NCBI GenBank assembly: GCA_964019425.1
Contig: OZ025790.1
Span: forward strand, 248,001 to 312,000
DNA: 64,000 bases
Source of the DNA: Flectonema sp. DT1601
Lineage: Eukaryota
Reading direction: 5' to 3'
The notes under the pieces were generated by a model. It had not been told where the DNA came from. It was given only the letters and a program-made list of their open reading frames with translations, and searched no databases. Positions 50,338 to 61,200 of this stretch are shown here, one piece after another. The position numbers and the translations under genes are program-made. Within the stretch, counting starts at the first letter, position 1; the number at the start of each line of letters is the position of its first letter.

Positions 50338-52283
50338 ATATTTTGAGAAAAGTTATTTTCTCCGAATGCAAGTTTTTTTTGTTTTTTTAATTGAAATCCA
50401 ACGACAATAAGAAAAAGGTTACCTCCCTTTTGGGAATCCAAAAGGGACATCATTTTGAACTGTTTACTCTTTGGGAAGAATAACACTAATGGCGAGTATT
50501 ACGTTTTTGTTGTTCTTTCCTTTCCTTTTTTTTTTTTTTTTTTTTTTTTTTCCACGACAAATAAAAAGAGGTCATCTATCCCACGAAGATACCGCAAGCT
50601 AAAAAGAGAAAGTTTTTAAACATTTAAAAAAAAAACGGAATAGCATCGAAACTCTCCTCCGTTTTTGAACTTCATTTCTCTTTGAGAAGAATAACACTAC
50701 AGCGTGTTACACGTTTGTTTGTTTCTTTTGTTTGTTTGTTTTGTTTGTTTGTTTTTTTTTTTTGATAAAAAAAAATAATCCCAATCAAAAGACCGTAAGC
50801 TATAAAAGAGAAAAGGTGTCAAAAATGCAACTGGTTCTCTTTGGTAGGAATTAACAGGACAACGTGTGTTGTTTTCTTTTGTTTTTTTGTTTTTTTTGAA
50901 AACTACAGCTGCCCAGTTAAGATATCGAGGACGACATCTGAACAAAAATTGAAAGGGCAAAAGATACAGAACCCTTATAGGAAACAAAAAAAAAAAAACA
51001 ATAATTCTTTTTTAAAAGAGAGGTAAAACATAGTAAAAAGCAAAAGAGAGGATTACCGCCCTTTCAATAAGAGCTCATAGTCGAACAGTCAAAAAGAAAA
51101 GGAAACAAAAAAATGATAAATTCTAAACTTCGTTCTTTATTATAGTATATCTTGTTTGCAGCGTACATTCCCGTTCGTGTTGTTACCACTCAGGCTTTTA
51201 CACGGTCAGCATACCCGACTGAAATTTCCTTTCGAGCACGAACCCCCCCTGTGAATCACCTTAACTGAGAGATAAGCACCAACAGTTCTATCAAAATACG
51301 AAAGGAAACAGGCCTCCAGTCCAAAGCGAATATAACCAAGCGAGTTAGTACAGAGAACATGAAGACAGCTGAACGAGGTCAGCGCTGACACACTCAAGAT
51401 CAAGCGCACTTACACCGTGCGTGATGTCTGAGAGTTCTGCTTGGTCACATTTAGAAGTTTACCTCGAAGCTCTTCACCATGTGATTTTTCAAATTTATTT
51501 TTACGGGAAAAAAAGAAATCAGAGCGCAAGCAAACAAAAGCTAAAAAGTACCAAAAGATAAATAAAAAAAGAACATTAAACATAAGAAACTCATTCAAAA
51601 AAAAGAGGAAAAAAAAGGGGGGAGGGAAAAACCGACAGACGCTTTTCCAAGATCGCCTGAGCTTATCACTTAGGTGGTTTATCAGTATTGGCTTTGGTAA
51701 CAAGCAACAGCACCCAAAGGAAAGAAAAAAGAAAGTCAAACACCCAACATGTATATTAAATACAATTATCCAACCAATTTGGCTATATAAAAAACAATAG
51801 ATAAATGAATCTACCACATTATTTATTAATCAACACTATGAGCCAACAACAATGCAAGTAGACAACCCAATCTCGTTTGTATCCAATCACGTTAATGTTA
51901 ATATAAACTCACAGGAGGGCTAATTATTTCATATAAAATAATATAACTCCACTCCAGGAGGTACTTTGATAGGGGGAAGAGGTAAGAAGAAAAAAAAAGA
52001 GAAAAAACGATATGAAGGCCTCCCTTGTCGGTTTGCGGGTAGGTCCCTACAAGTTGATTTTAAAAAAATAAAAATAAAAATAAAAACGTTCTGCTATCGC
52101 ATACATGTGTGGAATACGTAGCGATAACGCAGCTATAGTGTCGTAGTCTTTATGCTTTTTTATAGTAAGTTCCTAGAACAGGGGAAAAGGGGTAAAAAGA
52201 AAGGGAGAAAAATAAGAATCCCCAGTCAGGTTAAACACTTCTAGTCTTCCGTGTTGATGAGACAACAGTGTCGGTAAAACTTC

Positions 52284-55200
52284 CTACGTAGAAATCGAGA
52301 CGTATGAGGGTCGTCTAGGAGTTCCAATAGGTGGGGTTAGAGAACTTGGTCTTGGCTGTCTGTGCCATTGATGACTTACGTTGAGAACATTATTACCATC
52401 TGCGGGAGAATGAGAGCTGCTTCTTCTTCTTATGCGACCTCGTCCAAAGGGTGACATGAGATACGTTGGCGTCGGTGAAATAGAAACCGGACCTGATGAG
52501 AAACTTTTCACGGTTTCAACATCCGCATCGGCCAGTTCGATTCCCGGTCGCTCCACTTCATGAGTCTCAGATTCCGGATCTGGGTCGTATCGGCTTTCAC
52601 TAGTTGTCATTTCTTGTAACTCACCATCATCCAGTAGTAGTGATGAAGCGTCTGCTGCGGCAACAGTTGAGCGTTTGTTAACGTAAGAAGAATCAGTGTT
52701 GTTGTACTTCTTAACAAGATATGATTCAGCATCGTCATTCACAACACTACTACCACAACAGAATAAGTGTCCAAGAAACAATCCATTCCTTCCTTTACCT
52801 TTCCAAACGTTATATTCATCAATAGTAAAGACTGCTGCATTCAAGAGTACTTTTAGTAGAATGATCCATGTCAGAATGATGTCAATGAGTCCTCCAACCG
52901 ATGATGTCCAGTGAGCACTTGGATTGACTTCACGCAATGCAAACAACATGAAGACAAGTAAAGCAGTAGACAAGATAGCACAAAGAATATCTAAACTATT
53001 TTCATAAAATGCAAGATACGGTAATGTGACTATCAATACAACGGTGTAGATTCCCATAACAACAAGAGCAAGAGTGGTCCTCGTCCAACACTGCGGCATG
53101 TCGATGGGTTCCCATGCTCCGATGATTCCTAACAGCGCTGTTATAAACAACTCACCAGTTAACCAATATCTAAAATTATAATTGTACCCATCAAAGGTAA
53201 GCCTGTATAGTTCAGACCATGCAGGGTGTCCGTCTTGTCTGAAGGGAGACCATTCTCTGAAACCCCAAAATAATTGTTTAACATATGACTTTTTAGGTCT
53301 GTCAATAGTACTAACATCTGAATGAGTAACACAATCACGTCCTGCGTAAAATACTAAGTAAGGCATTCCAAATCCAAATGCCAGGAGATCGAAAGCTGAA
53401 AGGACCTTAAATATTGGATCGCAGTAAAGCAAACCCGCTACGCAAAGTTGAACCGCACCTCCATACAAGAACGTTGCTGGAAGCAGAATCCATCCTGCTC
53501 TTGCTCGAGCTAATAAATAAGTACGATCGACGTCTGATATGTACGTCGAAATGACGTGAATATTCTCAATTCCGGGTAGTTTTCCAAATGTTCTTCGTCG
53601 TTTTCTTCCAACGTGAAGCCTCGTAGCCATAAATGCAGCTGCCATTCCAATCGCGAATAATAAACCGATTTGAATGGCGATGGTGCCGACTATTGCTCCC
53701 TGAATTTCAGAGAATGAATTGTTTCCTATATTAAGTCCGAGAGGGTTGAGTAAAGGATCGAGTGTTTTTGTTTCGTCTTCTGGACAGTTCATCAATCCAG
53801 TGATGAGTGATGTCCTCATTAAAGCGCCAGCATTAACAGTCGGAATTACAGCTGTAGCTCCCAACACTACTGCTGAAGCGATAGATCGTTGGGTGGTGGC
53901 TGAGTCTTGATTTTTTAGCTTCGGTGTTTCAGATTTTAAATATTTTTTTACTTTGATTTGACAATTACCAACACTACCTGTAATCAAACCACCGTCACAG
54001 GTACATATAATTCCGTCAGGCAGGTCAATCTTTGAAGAGGATGAACAGATTTCGGTGTACACATCACTTGAGAATATCTCTTTATGAAACAACACTGAGA
54101 GAGATTCATGTTTTCCTATTGAGTGAAACTTTGAACTTTTTACATTAATTCTAATACCATCAACACCATTGAGAGTGTTTGTGATTTTTGAATTCACCGA
54201 AATTGCTTCAGCAGTTATAAACTTATCATCAACTAAACTGGTGGCAGCAATACCGTGATTTGAGTCTTTAGGGTTGGCGTCAGTTTCTACTTCTATACAA
54301 TGAGATCCACAGGTATGATCAACATTCTTATCTAATACAGTATGTGAATAACTGTTATTTTCATTCTTCCATTTTATTTTTATAGCAAGAGTTTCTCCCA
54401 TTAAGAATCTTAAAACCGTTCCGCCCTTTAACACAATTGTTAGTAGGGAACCTTCTTCTTCTCGAATCTGTTGCGGTGAAAATTCAGAATTAATCTCCAA
54501 ACTTAGTGAAGACGTCGGTTCGATTCCGGGTGATAACACTCGTGGTGTTGGTGTCGGATTCATACAACATGCAGAATCACTGCAGATTCCGTTAACGCAT
54601 TCGGAATTTGATTTTAACATCTGCTGTGGTTGCTTACAAATGTAACCACTCATACCACATGTTGGAATGCAACACTCGGCTGATTGACAAGGTTGAAAGG
54701 CGCACGTTAAATTAGTTTTGTTGACTTTATCATTTCCAAAGTTAATACAAGAATATTGATCACATGTTGATGTACAGCATGTTTGAACATCACAAACACC
54801 TTGTTGGGTACATTTAATATTGTTTGAAGAAATTTTTGCATCTGATCCTGCAGGACAACTGAAAGAATCACAAAAGACTTCTTCACAACATAAAGCTTCA
54901 CTACAATTCATATTTGGACACTTCACAGTTAAAGACATGTTAACCTTTCTACCTGTCGAACAGGTGAACGAATCGCACATTCCGGTGATACAACAGGATC
55001 CCTCTGTACAAGATGTCCCAACACACAATATAGAACTCGAATTACTTTTAGGGAGTGCTATCGAACAGGTGTATGAATCACAAGCGATAGTATCACAGCA
55101 AATATTATCTTCACAATTAAAATTTAAACAAGAAATAGTATCTGGAGATGATTTCAAGGACCCAGAAATACAAACATGAGATGAACACAGAACAGGTTCA

Positions 55201-58200
55201 CAACATATTGAGTTGTTACAAACTCCAAAAGGACACAAAGTTGATCCGCTTTTAGCGATTCCAGAACACATATGACTACTGCAGTACTTCTCATCACAAC
55301 ATGTTGAGTCGTCGCAGTTTGATAAACAGTTAATGGCTGCGGAATTATTCTTTAGCATACCACTTGAGCAGGTATGTGAGTCACACATACCAGTTTCACA
55401 ACAAACAGTTTCTGTACAAGACAATCCTGGACATACGATCGTTGAAGCATTCGGTTTTGCGTTACCAGAGCAGACTATTGAATCACAAGTAATAATATCA
55501 CAACAAGCCTGATCACTACATCTACCACCTTGACATAACATACTAGGAGTATTTAATGTTCCTGAAGTACAGCTATGAGATGAACAAAATACAAAATCAC
55601 AACAAACATTTTCATTACAAGAGCCAAAGCATGGAATCTTGTTTGACGGTGTTGGTTTACTCCTACCGGTCCTGCATATATAAGAATTACAAAACACCGC
55701 ATCACAACAGGTAGTCTCAGAACAAATACCTCCAGCACATGTTATTAGGTTATTATTAGTCTTGTCTTTCCCTATAATACAATTGTATGAAGAACATGTC
55801 CTTGCTTCACAGCAAGTCGTCAGATCACAACCCGCAGCGAGACACAACAATGTGTTGCCACTTGGCTTCGCAACTAAAGGAACGGTACATGTGAATGAGC
55901 TGCACATGTTTACTGAGTCACAACAAGTCGAATCATCACAACCCGCAGCGAGACACAACAATGTGTTGCCACTTGGCTTCGCAACTAAAGGAGCAGTACA
56001 TGTGAATGAGCTGCACATGTTTACTGAGTCACAACAAGTCGAATCATCACAACCTGCAGCGAGACACAACAATGTGTTGCCACTTGGCTTCGCAACTAAA
56101 GGAGCGGTACATGTGAATGAGCTGCACATGTTTACTGAGTCACAACAAGTTGAATCATCACAACCTGCAGCGAGACACAACAATGTGTTGGCACTTGGCT
56201 TCGCAACTAAAGGAGCGGTACATGTGAATGAGCTGCACATGTTTACTGAGTCACAACAAGTTGAATCATCACAACCTGCAGCGAGACACAACAATGTGTT
56301 GCCACTTGGCTTCGCAACTAAAGGAGCAGTACATGTGAATGAGCTGCACATGTTTACTGAGTCACAACAAGTCGAATCATCACAACCCGCAGCGAGACAC
56401 AACAATGTGTTGGCACTTGGCTTCGCAACTAAAGGAGCGGTACATGTGAACGAGCTGCACATGTTTACTGAGTCACAACAAGTCGAATCATCACAACCTG
56501 CAGCGAGACACAACAATGTGTTGGCACTTGGCTTCGCAACTAAAGGAGCGGTACATGTGAATGAGCTGCACATGTTTACTGAGTCACAACAAGTCGAATC
56601 ATCACAACCTGCAGCGAGACACAACAATGTGTTGCCACTTGGCTTCGCAACTAAAGGAGCAGTACATGTGAATGAGCTGCACATGTTTACTGAGTCACAA
56701 CAAGTCGAATCATCACAACCCGCAGCGAGACACAACAATGTGTTGCCACTTGGCTTCGCAACTAAAGGAGCGGTACATGTGAATGAGCTGCACATGTTTA
56801 CTGAGTCACAACAAGTTGAATCATCACAACCTGCAGCGAGACACAACAATGTGTTGGCACTTGGCTTCGCAACTAAAGGAGCGGTACATGTGAACGAGCT
56901 GCACATGTTTACTGAGTCACAACAAGTTGAATCATCACAACCCGCAGCGAGACACAACAATGTGTTGCCACTTGGCTTCGCAACTAAAGGAGCAGTACAT
57001 GTGAACGTGCTGCACATGTTTACTGAGTCACAACAAGTTGAATCATCACAACCCGCAGCGAGACACAACAATGTGTTGCCACTTGGCTTCGCAACTAAAG
57101 GAGCAGTACATGTGAACGTGCTGCACATGTTTACTGAGTCACAACAAGTCGAATCATCACAACCCGCAGCGAGACACAACAATGTGTTGCCACTTGGCTT
57201 CGCAACTAAAGGAGCAGTACATGTGAACGTGCTGCACATGTTTACTGAGTCACAACAAGTCGAATCATCACAACCCGCAGCGAGACACAACAATGTGTTG
57301 CCACTTGGCTTCGCAACTAAAGGAGCAGTACATGTGAATGAGCTGCACATGTTTACTGAGTCACAACAAGTCGAATCATCACAACCCGCAGCGAGACACA
57401 ACAATGTGTTGGCTTTAACCTTCAACATGAAATTATTCGAGCAAACGTGGCCATCACATGCTGCGTTACAACATGTCACATCATTACAAGGACCTGGATT
57501 ACAAGCAACAGTCGAAGGTGATGGCACTAACAAGGAGCCACCCATGCACGGGAAGTTGTCGCAACTGGGAACGCAACAGGTTGCGGCATTGCACATTCCG
57601 ACACACGGCGGAGGTGATGCCCTCGGTAACGTTGGAACAGAACACACATACGTTCCACAGTCAGGTTCACAACAGATTGAGTCATCACACCCAGTAGGAC
57701 AACCCCGTGTTTGAGGGTTCATTGTCAACGTCCCTGCTGTGCACGAATACAGAGCACAGGTATCGTCACAACAAGTCGCATCATCGCAAGTACCTCCCGA
57801 GCATCCAATGGTGTTGGCGCTACCCTTTAGAATTAAATTCATTGAACATGTGTGCCTATCACAAGAATCAACACAGCATTGAGAATCATCACACATACCA
57901 CTATTGCAAACAGCTGAAGCAGAATTCATAATTAGAATTTTACCCGACATACAAACATGACTGGAACAGTGCGGATAACAACATTGCATGTCATCACAGA
58001 CTCCGCCATTACATCTTATGGTAGTTGCTGATGGTTGAAGGGACCCACCTGAACAAACATGAGAATCACAACTAGGATCACAACAGACTGTTCCACTGCA
58101 GCGACCTAGACCGCAAGAAACAGTCGAAGGTGATGGCACTAACAAGGAGCCACCCATGCACGGGAAGTTGTCGCAACTGGGAACGCAACAGGTTGCGGCA

Positions 58201-61200
58201 TTGCACATTCCGACACACGGCGGAGGTGATGCCCTCGGTAACGTTGGAAAAGAACACACATACGTTCCACAGTCAGGTTCACAACAGATTGAGTCATCAC
58301 ACCCAGTAGGACAACCCCGTGTTTGAGGGTTCATTGTCAACGTCCCTGCTGTGCACGAATACAGAGCACAGGTATCGTCACAACAAGTCGCATCGTCGCA
58401 AGTACCTCCCGAGCATCCAATGGTGTTGGCGCTACCCTTTAGAATTAAATTCATTGAACATGTGTGCCTATCACAAGAATCAACACAGCATTGAGAATCA
58501 TCACACATACCACTATTGCAAACAGCTGAAGCAGAATTCATAATTAGAATTTTACCCGACATACAAACATGACTGGAACAGTGCGGATAACAACATTGCA
58601 TGTCATCACAGACTCCGCCATTACATCTTATGGTAGTTGCTGATGGTTGAAGGGACCCACCTGAACAAACATGAGAATCACAACTAGGATCACAACAGAC
58701 TGTTCCACTGCAGCGACCTAGACCGCAAGCAACAGTCGAAGGTGATGGCACTAACAAGGAGCCACCCATGCACGGGAAGTTGTCGCAACTGGGAACGCAA
58801 CAGGTTGCGGCATTGCACATTCCGACACACGGCGGAGGTGATGCCCTCGGTAACGTTGGAAAAGAACACACATACGTTCCACAGTCAGGTTCACAACAGA
58901 TTGAGTCATCACACCCAGTAGGACAACCCCGTGTTTGAGGGTTCATTGTCAACGTCCCTGCTGTGCACGAATACAGAGCACAGGTATCGTCACAACAAGT
59001 CGCATCGTCGCAAGTACCTCCCGAGCATCCAATGGTGTTGGCGCTACCCTTTAGAATTAAATTCATTGAACATGTGTGCCTATCACAAGAATCAACACAG
59101 CATTGAGAATCATCACACATACCACTATTGCAAACAGCTGAAGCAGAATTCATAATTAGAATTTTACCCGACATACAAACATGACTGGAACAGTGCGGAT
59201 AACAACATTGCATGTCATCACAGACTCCGCCATTACATCTTATGGTAGTTGCTGATGGTTGAAGGGACCCACCTGAACAAACATGAGAATCACAACTAGG
59301 ATCACAACAGACTGTTCCACTGCAGCGACCTAGACCGCAAGCAACAGTCGAAGGTGATGGCACTAACAAGGAGCCACCCATGCACGGGAAGTTGTCGCAA
59401 CTGGGAACGCAACAGGTTGCGGCATTGCACATTCCGACACACGGCGGAGGTGATGCCCTCGGTAACGTTGGAACAGAACACACATACGTTCCACAGTCAG
59501 GTTCACAACAGATTGAGTCATCACATCCAGTAGGACAACCCCGTGTTTGAGGGTTCATTGTCAACGTCCCTGCTGTGCACGAATACAGAGCACAGGTATC
59601 GTCACAACAAGTCACATCGTCGCAAGTACCTCCCGAGCATCCAATGGTGTTGGCGCTACCCTTTAGAATTAAATTCATTGAACATGTGTGCCTATCACAA
59701 GAATCAACACAGCATTGAGAATCATCACACATTCCCTTACCGCAAACAGCTGAGGCAGAATTCATAATTAGAATTTTACCCGACATACAAACATGACTGG
59801 AACAGTGCGGATAACAACATTGCATGTCATCACAGACTCCGCCATTACATCTTATGGTAGTTGCTGATGGTTGAAGGGACCCACCTGAACAAACATGAGA
59901 ATCACAACTAGGATCACAACAGACTGTTCCACTGCAGCGACCTAGACCGCAAGCAACAGTCGAAGGTGATGGCACTAACAAGGAGCCACCCATGCACGGG
60001 AAGTTGTCGCAACTGGGAACGCAACAGGTTGCGGCATTGCACATTCCGACACACGGCGGAGGTGATGCCCTCGGTAACGTTGGAAAAGAACACACATACG
60101 TTCCACAGTCAGGTTCACAACAGATTGAGTCATCACATCCAGTAGGACAACCCCGTGTTTGAGGGTTCATTGTCAACGTCCCTGCTGTGCACGAATACAG
60201 AGCACAGGTATCGTCACAACAAGTCACATCGTCGCAAGTACCTCCCGAGCATCCAATGGTGTTGGCGCTACCCTTTAGAATTAAATTCATTGAACATGTG
60301 TGCCTATCACAAGAATCAACACAGCATTGAGAATCATCACACATACCACTATTGCAAACAGCTGAAGCAGAATTCATAATTAGAATTTTACCCGACATAC
60401 AAACATGACTGGAACAGTGCGGATAACAACATTGCATGTCATCACAGACTCCGCCATTACATCTTATGGTAGTTGCTGATGGTTGAAGGGACCCACCTGA
60501 ACAAACATGAGAATCACAACTAGGATCACAACAGACTGTTCCACTGCAGCGACCTAGACCGCAAGCAACAGTCGAAGGTGATGGCACTAACAAGGAGCCA
60601 CCCATGCACGGGAAGTTGTCGCAACTGGGAACGCAACAGGTTGCGGCATTGCACATTCCGACACACGGCGGAGGTGATGCCCTCGGTAACGTTGGAACAG
60701 AACACACATACGTTCCACAGTCAGGTTCACAACAGATTGAGTCATCACACCCAGTAGGACAACCCCGTGTTTGAGGGTTCATTGTCAACGTCCCTGCTGT
60801 GCACGAATACAGAGCACAGGTATCGTCACAACAAGTCGCATCGTCGCAAGTACCTCCCGAGCATCCAATGGTGTTGGCGCTACCCTTTAGAATTAAATTC
60901 ATTGAACATGTGTGCCTATCACAAGAATCAACACAGCATTGAGAATCATCACACATACCACTATTGCAAACAGCTGAAGCAGAATTCATAATTAGAATTT
61001 TACCCGACATACAAACATGACTGGAACAGTGCGGATAACAACATTGCATGTCATCACAGACTCCGCCATTACATCTTATGGTAGTTGCTGATGGTTGAAG
61101 GGACCCACCTGAACAAACATGAGAATCACAACTAGGATCACAACAGACTGTTCCACTGCAGCGACCTAGACCGCAAGAAACAGTCGAAGGTGATGGCACT

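Noticed and set aside
55762..57714. 650-aa plus-strand ORF and the six 74-aa ORFs at 612-nt spacing
   Set aside because: Antisense shadows of the tandem repeats in the Cys-rich gene; a stop-free unit repeated many times gives a long ORF trivially.
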